Positions 9,491 through 18,992 are shown, numbered from the stretch's first letter. The stretch is 64,000 nucleotides of DNA from an uncultured Chloroflexia bacterium (GCA_963819655.1 CAWFXA010000001.1:352001-416000); one strand, 5' to 3'. The notes: generated by a model from the letters alone, not told the origin. Made by a program: numbers and translations.

Positions 9491-11122
9491 CTACGACAGC
9501 GTCACGCGCTCGTGCCAGTGCGGGACGTGGGTCTCGAAGCCGAGCGCCCGGACCTTGGGCTCCAGCGCGAGCTGGGCATCCGGGTCACCGTGGACCAGGA
9601 AGATGCGCCGCGGATAGCCGGCCTGGCCCGCTACCTTGCCGTCGCGAAACCGGCCGATCCAGTCGAGCAGCTCGCTCTCGTCGGCGTGCGCCGAGAAGCC
9701 GGCGATCGAGCGGACCGTGCAGCGGACCTCCCGAGGCTGGCCGTCGATGCGGACGGTGCGCACCCCGGCCTGCAGATGCGCCCCGAGCGTCCCCTCGCCC
9801 TGGTAGCCGACGAACAGGATCGTCGCGTTCGGATCGTCGATCAGGTTCCGCAGGTGGCCCACCACCCGGCCGCCCGTCAGCATCCCGTTGGACGCCACGA
9901 TCATGTACGGCCGAGTCGCGAACTTGATCGCCTGGGACTCCTTCGGGCTGTTCGTGACGATCTGCGCCGGGTAGTCGAGCGGAGTGTCGCCCTCGCGGAG
10001 GAGCCGTGCGGTCTCCTCGTCGTAGTACTCGGCGTAGCGGCGATAGACGTCCGACGCCTTGCGGGCCATCGGCGAGTCGAGGTAGAGGGGCAGTAACGGG
10101 ATCTCGCCGCGGTCGATGAGCCGGTCGAGCTCCCACACCACCTCTTGCGTCCGGCCGATCGCGAAGGACGGCACGAGCAACACGCCTTCCGACTCGGCGA
10201 CGAGGCGGACCGTCTCGGCGAGGATCCTGATGGCCTCTTCGTGCGGTTCGTGTTCGCGGCCACCGTACGTGGACTCGACGAGAACGTAGTCCGCGGCCGT
10301 GAGGTAGGTCGGGTCGCGGATGATCGGCGTCCCGGGCCGGCCGAGGTCACCCGAGCACACGATGATGCGCTCCTCACCGCCCTCCTGGACGCGCAGCCGG
10401 ATGATCGCGGAACCGAGGATGTGACCAGCGTCGAGGAAGGTCGCCCAGACGCCCGGCGCGACCTCGCGCTCCTGGTCGTAGTCGATCGGCCGGAAATGCT
10501 CGAGCGTCCGCTCCGCATCCTTGACCGTGTACAGAGGCAGGTCGAGGTCGATGTCGATCGCCGGCGGCTGCGTCCGGAGCTCGACCTCCGGATCGGGCGG
10601 CCAGGCGTGAGGCGGCTCTGGTTCGATCGTCGTCTCGACGTGCTCACCGGCGTCCTGCGCGAGCAGCGCCTCCGCGAGCAGCGCCTCCGCCGAACCGCCC
10701 GCAGCCGCAAGATCGACCGCCGCCTGGTAGGCCTCCGCCTCGGCTCGGTCATCTGCCGCGACGAGATGCGGATGGCGCTTCTCCCAACGCGCCTCGCGTT
10801 TGGCGAACTCCTCGTGCAGATGTCCCGAGTCGAGCATGACAAGCGTCGCCAGCTCGATGGTCCCGGCGGTCGCGTGGATGGTGCCCTGGTAGCCGGCCTT
10901 GACCAGCAGCGGTAAGCGACCGCAATGGTCGAGGTGCGCATGGGTCAGCACGACCGCGTCCAGCTCCGCCGGATCGAACCCGAACGGGATCCGGTTCCGG
11001 ACCGACTCGTTGGGGCTGCCCTGGAACATCCCGCAATCGACCAGGACCTTCGCTCGATCGGTGGAGATGAGGAACTGGGAGCCGGTGACAGTGGTCGCGC
11101 CACCCAGGAACTGGATCTGCAT
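9491..11122 (-). CDS. MBL-fold beta-CASP ribonuclease (YSH1/TTHA0252-like)
   Basis: LTHAHLDHCG, AGHILGS, SGDLG, ESTYG, FAIGRTQE, FSAHAD, LVHG. Confidence 0.92.
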   Translation of the reverse strand: MQIQFLGGATTVTGSQFLISTDRAKVLVDCGMFQGSPNESVRNRIPFGFDPAELDAVVLTHAHLDHCGRLPLLVKAGYQGTIHATAGTIELATLVMLDSGHLHEEFAKREARWEKRHPHLVAADDRAEAEAYQAAVDLAAAGGSAEALLAEALLAQDAGEHVETTIEPEPPHAWPPDPEVELRTQPPAIDIDLDLPLYTVKDAERTLEHFRPIDYDQEREVAPGVWATFLDAGHILGSAIIRLRVQEGGEERIIVCSGDLGRPGTPIIRDPTYLTAADYVLVESTYGGREHEPHEEAIRILAETVRLVAESEGVLLVPSFAIGRTQEVVWELDRLIDRGEIPLLPLYLDSPMARKASDVYRRYAEYYDEETARLLREGDTPLDYPAQIVTNSPKESQAIKFATRPYMIVASNGMLTGGRVVGHLRNLIDDPNATILFVGYQGEGTLGAHLQAGVRTVRIDGQPREVRCTVRSIAGFSAHADESELLDWIGRFRDGKVAGQAGYPRRIFLVHGDPDAQLALEPKVRALGFETHVPHWHERVTLS

Positions 11123-11191
11123 GCCCCGCATGGTGACAGGCCACACAGGGTGGCGGACCTCGCCGCCCGAGGGCACGCCCTCGCGCGGTCG

Positions 11192-13030
11192 TTACGTTAC
11201 GAGGACGAGGGCGTCGACTGCGATCGCGACGAACAGCAGCGACAGGTAGCTGATCGAGTAGCGGTAGAGACTGATCGCCCCCTGGGTCGATGCCTCCTCG
11301 GACGATCCACGCCGCCACAGGGCGTACGCCTGCCAGATGAACACCGCTCCCAGGCCCACGGCGGCTCCGAGATAGATGAGACCCATCCGCGCGACGGGCC
11401 ACAGGACGAGCGAGATCGCGACCATGAGCAGGGTGTACAGCCCGATCTGACGGGTCGTCTCGGGGATGCCCCGGACGACGGGCAGCATCGGCACACCCGC
11501 AGCGGCGTAGTCCTTGCGAATGCGCAGCGACAGCGCCCAGAAGTGGGGCGGCGTCCAGTAGAACACCAGCGCGAAGAGGATCAACGCCGGGATCCCGACG
11601 TCGCCGGTGACGGCCGCCCAGCCGATGACGGGTGGAAGCGCCCCGGCGGCGCCGCCGATGACGATGTTCTGGGGTGTCGATCGCTTGAGCAGCATGGTGT
11701 AGACGACGACGTAGAAGGCGATGGCCAGAAGCGTGAGGAACGCCGCGAGGAGGTTGATCGTCCAGGCCATCAGCACGAACGAGATGACGCCAAGGACGAC
11801 TCCGAAGATCACGGCGTTCTCGGGCTCGACCTGGTGGGCCGGCAATGGTCGTCGCCTGGTGCGGGTCATGAGCGAGTCGATGTCGCGGTCGAGATAGCAG
11901 TTGATGGCGTTGGCGCTCCCCGCCGCGAGCGTGCCGCCGATGAGCGTCCAGGCGACAGTCCAACCCCAGTCGCCCCAGTCGATGCCGGGCACCCAGCGGG
12001 TGGCGAGCACCATCGCGGGCACGGTCGTGACGAGCAGCAGCTCGATGATCCGCGGCTTGGTCAATGCGATGTAGGCGCGGATGCGGTCGCCGGTCGTCGG
12101 TGGGACGGCTGTCCCCGCTTCGGGCTCGCGCAGGCCGCCGGTGCGGACGGTGCGGGCCAAGTAGTAGCTCGTGACGGTGAGCCCCACCAGCGTCGCGAGG
12201 ATCAGGGCACCGAGCGCAAGGTGCAACGTCTGAGTCCAGGCCGACAGTCGAGTCAGCACCTGCAGCCCGCCGATCGCGACCTGGATCGCGAACAGCAGCG
12301 CCGCGCCGACAGCCAGCCTGACGATCGCTGGCTCGTCTCGCTGGGTTCGCCAGGCGACGATCGCGAGGGCGACGACGATGGCACCGACGACTGCCGCCAC
12401 CCATCGATGCAGGACATGGGCCGAGGTGACCTCGGTCAGCGGCGGGACGAGCGACCCGTTCATCAGGGGCCAATCCGGGAAGACCAACGCGGTGTCGGTC
12501 GCGGTGACGTGGGACCCGAAGAGCAGCAGGGCGAACGTCGCCAGCGTCGCGAATGCCGCGAGCAGAGTGAACCGCTGGCTACCGCCCCAGCCGCCGACAC
12601 GGGCCGGGAAACTGGCACGGACCGTGACGTACACCAGCAGTGCCACCAGCAGCATCGCCGCGGCCAGGTGCGCGGTGACCGACTCCCCGCTGTTCCCGAG
12701 GCGGACCGTCTCGCGTCCGAGCCAGGCCTGGAACCCGACGAGGACCACGGCACCGAGCGTCGGCCAGAGCAGCGACCGACGGTCGCGATGGTCGACCCAG
12801 GCGAGCACCGCCAGGGCCAGGATCTCGAAGCCGATGATCGCCGCGACGGTTCGATGGATCCATTCGATCCAGGCCTTCGGATCGTCGAGCGGCGGGAACA
12901 GCTGCCCGTGGCACAACGGCCAGTCCGGACAGCCGAGTCCAGAATCGGTGGCGCGGACGATGACCCCGATCGTCACGAGCAGGATGGCCGTCCCGAGCGT
13001 GGTCGCGGCGAGCTTCTGGAAGCGGGTCAC
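11192..13030 (-). CDS. ctaB: Fused heme A synthase (CtaA/COX15) and protoheme IX farnesyltransferase (CtaB/CyoE)
   Basis: N-half GLGCPDWPLC...EWIHR with His ligands; C-half LTKPRII, DRDID..M.RT..RPL, YTMLLKR, FYWTPPHFWAL. Confidence 0.92.
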   Translation of the reverse strand: MTRFQKLAATTLGTAILLVTIGVIVRATDSGLGCPDWPLCHGQLFPPLDDPKAWIEWIHRTVAAIIGFEILALAVLAWVDHRDRRSLLWPTLGAVVLVGFQAWLGRETVRLGNSGESVTAHLAAAMLLVALLVYVTVRASFPARVGGWGGSQRFTLLAAFATLATFALLLFGSHVTATDTALVFPDWPLMNGSLVPPLTEVTSAHVLHRWVAAVVGAIVVALAIVAWRTQRDEPAIVRLAVGAALLFAIQVAIGGLQVLTRLSAWTQTLHLALGALILATLVGLTVTSYYLARTVRTGGLREPEAGTAVPPTTGDRIRAYIALTKPRIIELLLVTTVPAMVLATRWVPGIDWGDWGWTVAWTLIGGTLAAGSANAINCYLDRDIDSLMTRTRRRPLPAHQVEPENAVIFGVVLGVISFVLMAWTINLLAAFLTLLAIAFYVVVYTMLLKRSTPQNIVIGGAAGALPPVIGWAAVTGDVGIPALILFALVFYWTPPHFWALSLRIRKDYAAAGVPMLPVVRGIPETTRQIGLYTLLMVAISLVLWPVARMGLIYLGAAVGLGAVFIWQAYALWRRGSSEEASTQGAISLYRYSISYLSLLFVAIAVDALVLVT

Positions 13031-13126
13031 CTGATCTCCTGGGGCGCTGGGACGAGGAGCACGGGCATTCTAGCGCGAGGCAGGCCGCCGACTGCCCCGA
13101 ACGGGCGCCTCGGCTACGCTTCCGGC

Positions 13127-14083
13127 ATGACCCGATCGACCGCCGTGGTGTTCCTGTGCGTCGCTCTGTTCGCTGTCCTGGCGTGCGGGCCATCGACGGG
13201 CCAGGCGGGCGACGCGTGCCGGACGACGCCGCCGCCGCAGGGGACGCCCGCGGGGTGGGATGTCGGCTCGCAACGCCCATCGATCTTCCCGTCCGTCATC
13301 AACCCTGCCGGCACCGTCGCGTGCGGCCCGAATCGCCTGATGTTCGCGTTCCTCGACGCGCAGAACGTGCCGGTCGCAGCCCCGGACCGGACCGTCGAGG
13401 TCAAGCTCTTCGATCTCGGGGCGGACCCGGCCAGATCGGTCGCGCAGGGTACGGCGAAATTCATCTGGGCGATCGAGCCGCGGGTCGGTGTCTACGTCGT
13501 CGATGTCGACCTGCCGACCGCCGGGAGCTACGGCATCGAGTTCACGACGGCGATCGGCGGTGGCTCGCCCGAGGTCATCCGCACCACCCAGGACGTCCAG
13601 CCCACCTCGAGCGTCGTCCGGGTCGGCGACAAAGCCCCAGCTTCGGACACGCCGACCCTCGCCGACGTGGGCGGTGACGTGTCCAGGATCGCGACCGATC
13701 CGGCGCCGGTCGCGGCGTTCTACGAAACATCGATCGCGCAGGCCATCGCCGACAAGAAGCCGTTCGTGGTGGCATTCGCCACGCCGAAGTTCTGTGCGAG
13801 CCAGCAATGCGGCCCAACGCTCGATCGCCTGAAGCCCATTGCCGCCCGGCACCCCGGCGTGACGGTCATCAATGTCGAGCCGTATGAGCTCGAGCTCCAG
13901 GACGGTCAGCTCCAGCCGGTTCTCACCGACAACAACCTGACGCCGGCGGCGTCGACGAACGAGTGGCGTCTCCCGACCGAGCCATGGGTGTTCGTGGTGA
14001 ACCGCGACGGACTCATCACCGCGTCATTGATGATGATCTTCAGCGACGAAGAGCTCGAGGCTGCTATCACGGCGGTCGAGTGA
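13127..14083 (+). CDS. Lipoprotein with C-terminal thioredoxin-like domain (C-x4-C)
   Basis: VLAC lipobox; FATPKFCASQQCGP and EPWVFVV; TACGCT 6 nt before the ATG. Confidence 0.75.
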   Translation: MTRSTAVVFLCVALFAVLACGPSTGQAGDACRTTPPPQGTPAGWDVGSQRPSIFPSVINPAGTVACGPNRLMFAFLDAQNVPVAAPDRTVEVKLFDLGADPARSVAQGTAKFIWAIEPRVGVYVVDVDLPTAGSYGIEFTTAIGGGSPEVIRTTQDVQPTSSVVRVGDKAPASDTPTLADVGGDVSRIATDPAPVAAFYETSIAQAIADKKPFVVAFATPKFCASQQCGPTLDRLKPIAARHPGVTVINVEPYELELQDGQLQPVLTDNNLTPAASTNEWRLPTEPWVFVVNRDGLITASLMMIFSDEELEAAITAVE

Positions 14084-14334
14084 CGGCGTCGCGCATCGCG
14101 GCTGGGGGCGCCCGCCAACGACGTTGATGCACATTTTCGACGTCCGGACGGCGCCTTGCCTGGTGATGCGCATGGGCCGCATCAGGTCCGTCCGTGAACG
14201 GTCCGATCACGTCTGGTCGCTAGAAGGGATCGCGCCCAGGTCATGCGCTCGAGCTGCGGGCGCGATCGGGCCCGTTGATGCGGCCTGTGCGCATCAAGGA
14301 CCAAAGGTCGGCCGCGTAGCGGCCGGCCGCGCCG

Positions 14335-14700
14335 CTACGTCGGGGCGTCCTCGAGGCGGATCGCGAGTCGGTCCGCGCCGTCCAGCCGCCACCAGACGCG
14401 GACCGGTTCGGCCGTTGCCTGGTGCTCGGCGAGGTGGCCTGGGGCGAACTCGGTCCCGTTCGCGAGCGCACGAAGGCTGAACTCGACCAGTTCACCGCCG
14501 GCGAGGCGGAGCGTGAAACCACGCACGTCGGCGAGCCCGCTGCTGTCGACGCCGACGACGACCCCGGTCATGTCGGTCGTGCCGCCCGGTCGGTCCGGAT
14601 CGACGACGCCGGTCTCACTCAGCAAGATCGCAGCCACGACGGTCAAGACCACGATCGCGGCAAAGAGCGTCGCGAACAGGACGCGAGTCCGGCGATCCAC
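14335..14700 (-). CDS. Hypothetical membrane-anchored protein
   Basis: N-terminal TM helix then beta-rich domain; starts 3 nt after the pyrE stop. Confidence 0.7.
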   Translation of the reverse strand: MDRRTRVLFATLFAAIVVLTVVAAILLSETGVVDPDRPGGTTDMTGVVVGVDSSGLADVRGFTLRLAGGELVEFSLRALANGTEFAPGHLAEHQATAEPVRVWWRLDGADRLAIRLEDAPT

Positions 14701-14703
14701 GGC

Positions 14704-15420
14704 TCAGGCTCCGGCCGGGATCCCGCTGGCGACGGTGCTGCCGACGGCTCCTGTGCTCCCGGGCGCATAAACAGGCTCACCCGCCGCACAACGCGGACAG
14801 GTCGCCTCGCCGGGTTCGAATGTCGGGAGGTCGAGCTGCCAGAGCGATCGCACTGGGTATGTTCGCCCGCTGGTCGGTGAGGTCAGGGTCGCTCGGCCGC
14901 CGCTCCGGTCGACGAGGACCGCGCACTCGACGATCTCGCCACCGAGCGCTTCGACGGCGGGGATCATGGCGAGCAGCGAGCCGCCGGTCGTGAGGATGTC
15001 GTCGACGAGATAGACGCGCTCGGCGGGCCGGATCGTGAACCCGCGCCGGAATTCGCGGTGCGTGGCGCCGTCGTCGTCGCGCACCTCCTCCGCGAAGATG
15101 CCGCGTGTCCCGAGCTGCCGTGCCGTTTCGAACGCGAGGACGATGCCGCCGGTCGTCGGGCCGGCCACGAGGTCGACGAGCGGCGGGGCTCCATCTCCGG
15201 CCAGGCCGCGGATCCGGGCGACCCAGAACCCACACAGCTCGCTGGTCGCGGCCGGGTCGGACAGCACCGCGAACTTCTCGACGTAGGCGTCGCCGTGCCG
15301 GCCACTCTTCAACAGGAAGTGGCCTTCGCGGAACGCGCCAGAGGCCCGGAACAGTTCCTCGGTCCGTGCCGCGACGGCGGCTCGAACGGCAAGGTCGACA
15401 GCGGGCTTGATCGTGGTCAC
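14704..15420 (-). CDS. pyrE: Orotate phosphoribosyltransferase
   Basis: GHFLLKSGRH, VYLVDDILTTGGS PRPP loop, VDRS; TACACT 6 nt before the GTG. Confidence 0.92.
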   Translation of the reverse strand: MTTIKPAVDLAVRAAVAARTEELFRASGAFREGHFLLKSGRHGDAYVEKFAVLSDPAATSELCGFWVARIRGLAGDGAPPLVDLVAGPTTGGIVLAFETARQLGTRGIFAEEVRDDDGATHREFRRGFTIRPAERVYLVDDILTTGGSLLAMIPAVEALGGEIVECAVLVDRSGGRATLTSPTSGRTYPVRSLWQLDLPTFEPGEATCPRCAAGEPVYAPGSTGAVGSTVASGIPAGA

Positions 15421-15463
15421 GGGACCAGTGTAGGCGGGGTGACCTCTGAGCCGGAGCAACGGG

Positions 15464-16594
15464 TCAGGGTCGATACTCGACGCCCTTGGCCGACGGAGCG
15501 GCCGCCCGCTTCGGCAGGGCCGTCCCGACGAGATCGCGATGCGAACCGACCGCGACGCGGCGACACTCCGCCGCCAGCTCGTCGATGAGGCGGACCGGGA
15601 GGGTCGGGTCGGCGAAGATCGCGGTCCCGACCTGGACCGCGACCGCCCCGACGGCCAGGAAATCCAGGACGTCGGCGAGCTCGGTGACGCCGCCGATCGC
15701 CACGATCGGGATGCGGACCGTCTGTGCCGCCTCGTACACGACCCGCAGCGCGATCGGCTTGACTGCCGGGCCACTCAGCCCGCCGTAGATGTTGCCAAGG
15801 AGCGGCCTGTGCCGGTCGGGCGCAACGGCGATCCCGGACAACGTGTTGATCGCGGTCAGTGCGTCAGCGCCCGCATCCTCGATGGCGCGGGCGATCGGGC
15901 GGATGTCGGCGACGTTCGGGGAGAGCTTGACGAGGAGCGGCAGGTCGGTGGCACGCCGGACCGCGGCGGTCACCTCGGCCGCAGCGTCTGGATCGATCGC
16001 GAACTGCAGCCCATCGCGACCGACGTTCGGACACGAGATATTGAGCTCGATGCCGGCGATGCCGGGCACGCCCTCGAGTCGACGCGTCACGGCGACGTAA
16101 TCGCCGACCGACTCACCGGCGACATTGACGATGACCGGCACCTTCCAGCCGGCCCAGGTCGCGGCGTACTTCTCGACGACCGCGTCGACGCCCGGGTTTT
16201 GGAGGCCGATCGAGTTCAGCATCCCGCCCGGTGTCTCCGTGACGCGCGGCGTCGGGTTGCCGATGCGCGGCTTGAGCGTCGTTCCTTTGCAGCAGATCGC
16301 CCCGAGCCGATCGATCTCGACGACCTCGCCATATTCGACGCCATAGCCGAACGTCCCCGACGCCACGAGGATCGGGTTGCGCAGCACTAGCCCGCGGCCG
16401 AGGTCGACTGTCAGGTCGATGTCGGTGGCTTCCGGCGCCGACGACCCGGCGACCATCGCCGACGGCGCGACCGACGCGACTCGGGGGCGCGGCGTGGCCT
16501 GCACGATCGCCGGGCGCACCCGACGCACCGTCGGTGTCCGCTTGGCACCCGCCGGCCGGCCGTTGCCCGTGACGACGCGGCGTTTTGCTCTCAC
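15464..16594 (-). CDS. pyrD: Dihydroorotate dehydrogenase class 1B catalytic subunit
   Basis: ASGTFG, NSIGLQNPG, ELNISCPN, KLSPN, GGLSGP; GTGA overlap with the pyrK stop (start uncertain). Confidence 0.93.
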   Translation of the reverse strand: MRAKRRVVTGNGRPAGAKRTPTVRRVRPAIVQATPRPRVASVAPSAMVAGSSAPEATDIDLTVDLGRGLVLRNPILVASGTFGYGVEYGEVVEIDRLGAICCKGTTLKPRIGNPTPRVTETPGGMLNSIGLQNPGVDAVVEKYAATWAGWKVPVIVNVAGESVGDYVAVTRRLEGVPGIAGIELNISCPNVGRDGLQFAIDPDAAAEVTAAVRRATDLPLLVKLSPNVADIRPIARAIEDAGADALTAINTLSGIAVAPDRHRPLLGNIYGGLSGPAVKPIALRVVYEAAQTVRIPIVAIGGVTELADVLDFLAVGAVAVQVGTAIFADPTLPVRLIDELAAECRRVAVGSHRDLVGTALPKRAAAPSAKGVEYRP

Positions 16595-17460
16595 GACCAG
16601 GCGCCCTCCCAGGCCAGCTCCTCGCTCGCGAAGACCGGGCCTTCGCGGCACACGCGTTGCGGCGTGCCGGTCACGCTCATCACGACGCAGCCGAGGCACG
16701 CCCCCACCGCACATCCCATGTTCTGCTCCATCGACACCTGGAGGTACGCCTTCCGGCGCGCGGCGGGTGACCCGAGAGCTGCAGTCCGGCCCGCGCCGCG
16801 CTTGCGGCCGAGCTTCGCCACCCCGAGTCGCTGCCGGCGACCCTCGGCCTGCTTCGCGAGCGCCTTGAGCATCCCGGTCGGACCGCAGGCGAACGCCTGG
16901 TCGGCCCAGCCCTCGTAGTCCGGCACGAGATCGGTGACGAAACCGTGATGGCCCAGCGAGCCGTCGTCGGTCGCGACCACGTACTCGACCTCGTCGGGCA
17001 GGAGATTCGATGGATACACCTCGCGGGCGCTCGACGCTCCGAACAGCAGCGTCACCTGGCGGCCGTCGCGGATCGCCTCATCGGCCAGCATCCGGACCCC
17101 GGCCATCCCGAGGCCACCGGCGATGAGCAACAGATGGCGGCTCCGCGGATCGACTTCGAACGGGCGCCCGAGAGGACCCAGCAGGTCGATGGCGTCGCCC
17201 GGCCGCAGCCGGGTGAACCACTCCGTGCCGCGGCCGATGACGCGGAAATGGATCGTGACGATGCCGGTGGCAGGGTCGGCTGTGTTCAACGAGAAGGGGC
17301 GCCGAAGGACGAGGCCCGAGAAGTCGCCCGTGCGAACGTGGACGAACTGGCCGGCGCGCGACCCGTTCGCGAGATCGGGTGCGTGATACGCCTGGAGCCA
17401 CTGACCCGGCAGGATCTCGCGACTCTCGACAAGCTCGGCCGCGGCGAGCCGCATCGTCAC
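16591..17460 (-). CDS. pyrK: Dihydroorotate dehydrogenase electron transfer subunit
   Basis: LRRPFS, GPLG, IAGGLG, ACGP, MGCAVGACLGC...VCREGPVF 2Fe-2S motif. Confidence 0.92.
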   Translation of the reverse strand: MTMRLAAAELVESREILPGQWLQAYHAPDLANGSRAGQFVHVRTGDFSGLVLRRPFSLNTADPATGIVTIHFRVIGRGTEWFTRLRPGDAIDLLGPLGRPFEVDPRSRHLLLIAGGLGMAGVRMLADEAIRDGRQVTLLFGASSAREVYPSNLLPDEVEYVVATDDGSLGHHGFVTDLVPDYEGWADQAFACGPTGMLKALAKQAEGRRQRLGVAKLGRKRGAGRTAALGSPAARRKAYLQVSMEQNMGCAVGACLGCVVMSVTGTPQRVCREGPVFASEELAWEGAWS

Positions 17461-18482
17461 GCGGTCGGGCGGCCCTCCGTGCCCTCGTCGGCGGCGGACT
17501 CGTCCTCGGCCTCGTCCTCAGCGCTTTCGCCGTCGTCCTCGGCGGTTTCGCCGTCGCCCTCGGCGACCTCGGTCTCGGCGGCGGCGGTGTCGGCCTCAGC
17601 GCCGGGCGTGGCCTCCTCGTCGTCGATGTCACTCCCGGCGGCGGCGGCCGCGAACTCAGGGGCGACCGACGGGTAGGCATCGGCCAGCGCGTCGGCGAGG
17701 TCCCCGAAGACATCGGTCGGGTCGTAGAACTCGACCAGCTCGTCGGGCCCCGTGAGGGTCCGCCACGAGCCGTCGGCCTCCTCGGGCACGACCTCCGCGC
17801 GGAACTCCCCGGTCGAGGTCAGGATGAGTCGCTCGTCGTCGTCGTCGACGATCACGAGATCACCGATGAGGTTCGAGGCGGTCGCCGCGGCCGTCTCGAA
17901 ATCGTCGAGCAGTCGCGCCTCGGTCCGCTGGCTGCGCTCCTGGTACTCGAGAGCCAGGTCGTACAGCCGCCGGGACGCTGCCTCGTCGTCGGCCAGATCG
18001 ACATCGGCTGGCTGCCCCGCTGCCCACGAGTCGGCGGCGGCGGCGTAGGGGTCCTCACCACCCAGGCTGACGGTCTCTTCGGGGGCGATGCCCGCGGCCT
18101 CGAGCATCTCGTCGGTGGCGGTCGGTTCCTCGGTGAGACCGGCGGCCTCCTTGGCGGCCTCGGTGAAGGCTGCGTAGACGTCGGCCGGGTTGTACAGCTC
18201 GACCAGCTCCGAGGCCGTTTCGATGACTTCGGTCTCGCTCACCCAGTCGCCGGTCAGGTCGTCGAGGAAGCGCGTGCGGCTGCGGAACGTGCTGTCGGGT
18301 GCGATCGACAGGTAATCGGGCTCCTCATCGATCAGCGTCAGCCCGCCATAGGCGGCGATGCGCTCCTTGTGGCGGTCCAGGAACCGGCGCAGCTGGTCGG
18401 TCGACTGGACGAGGAAATCGGACCGCTCGAGGGCAGCGTCAGCCGCGATCTCGCCGAGCAGGTCGTTGCGGCCCGTATCCAT
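17457..18482 (-). CDS. Highly acidic hypothetical protein with two tandem homologous domains
   Basis: AGGAGG SD; internal repeat ELVELYNPADVY / ELVEFYDPTDVF; stop overlaps the pyrK start. Confidence 0.85.
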   Translation of the reverse strand: MDTGRNDLLGEIAADAALERSDFLVQSTDQLRRFLDRHKERIAAYGGLTLIDEEPDYLSIAPDSTFRSRTRFLDDLTGDWVSETEVIETASELVELYNPADVYAAFTEAAKEAAGLTEEPTATDEMLEAAGIAPEETVSLGGEDPYAAAADSWAAGQPADVDLADDEAASRRLYDLALEYQERSQRTEARLLDDFETAAATASNLIGDLVIVDDDDERLILTSTGEFRAEVVPEEADGSWRTLTGPDELVEFYDPTDVFGDLADALADAYPSVAPEFAAAAAGSDIDDEEATPGAEADTAAAETEVAEGDGETAEDDGESAEDEAEDESAADEGTEGRPTA

Positions 18483-18562
18483 GGTTCGCCTCCTGTTCGG
18501 TTCGTCGCCCGGTGGCAGGACTTCGCGTCGAATTCCCAATGGTGCTCCTCGCTTGGCCTGGG

Positions 18563-18889
18563 TCAGGGATGGTATTCGAGGTCGGGGCCCATGCGCTCGC
18601 GCAGGAACATCGAATGATGGCGCTCGAAGATCCATTCGCCGGCCCGATGGCCGAGGGCGCGGGTCCCTTCGTCGGCCTCGAGCTTGTCGAGGGTCGCGTA
18701 ATCGGGCAGATCGAGGAGGATGACGTTGTCGAAATCCCAGCCGTGCGCGACGTTGTACCAGCCGATGAACCGGATACCGAACCGCTCCTCGTACTCCTTC
18801 AACTGGCGCGGGAACAGAGTCTTCATGAAGAACTTGAAGAACGGGTCGCGGCCGCGGCGGACGGAGAAGTAGGTCGCGAGCACGGGCAT
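18563..18889 (-). CDS. Small hypothetical protein, possibly a dimeric alpha+beta barrel (NIPSNAP/GYD-like)
   Basis: GIRFIGWY..AHGWDFDNVILLDLPDYATLD pattern; GC3-rich codons. Confidence 0.7.
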   Translation of the reverse strand: MPVLATYFSVRRGRDPFFKFFMKTLFPRQLKEYEERFGIRFIGWYNVAHGWDFDNVILLDLPDYATLDKLEADEGTRALGHRAGEWIFERHHSMFLRERMGPDLEYHP

Positions 18890-18911
18890 GTGACCCATTG
18901 TGTCATGGGGT

Positions 18912-18987
18912 CGCCGGCCCTCGCGGGGCCGCCCGGGTCGCGCCCCGGGTCGCGCCGGCCCTCGCGGGGCCGCCCGGGTTGCGCCCC
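18912..18987. repeat. 35-bp direct repeat, two copies, 41-bp period
   Basis: CGCCGGCCCTCGCGGGGCCGCCCGGGT(C/T)GCGCCCC at 18912 and 18953. Confidence 0.9.
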
Positions 18988-18992
18988 CTGGT

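Noticed and set aside
10925-13126. N-terminal 734 codons of the 1052-aa ORF
   Set aside because: Antisense shadow of ctaA-ctaB; the real gene starts at 13127. The same applies to the many long Arg/Pro-rich alternative-frame ORFs typical of high-GC DNA
14170-14205. GGGCCGCATCAGGTCCG resembles part of SRP RNA
   Set aside because: Lacks the GGAA tetraloop and the following AGCAG
14124-14240. SDHVWSLEGIA resembles the C-terminal DHVWS motif of some IS1-like transposases
   Set aside because: Only about 10 residues; no DDE region, inverted repeats or target duplication; at most a tiny remnant
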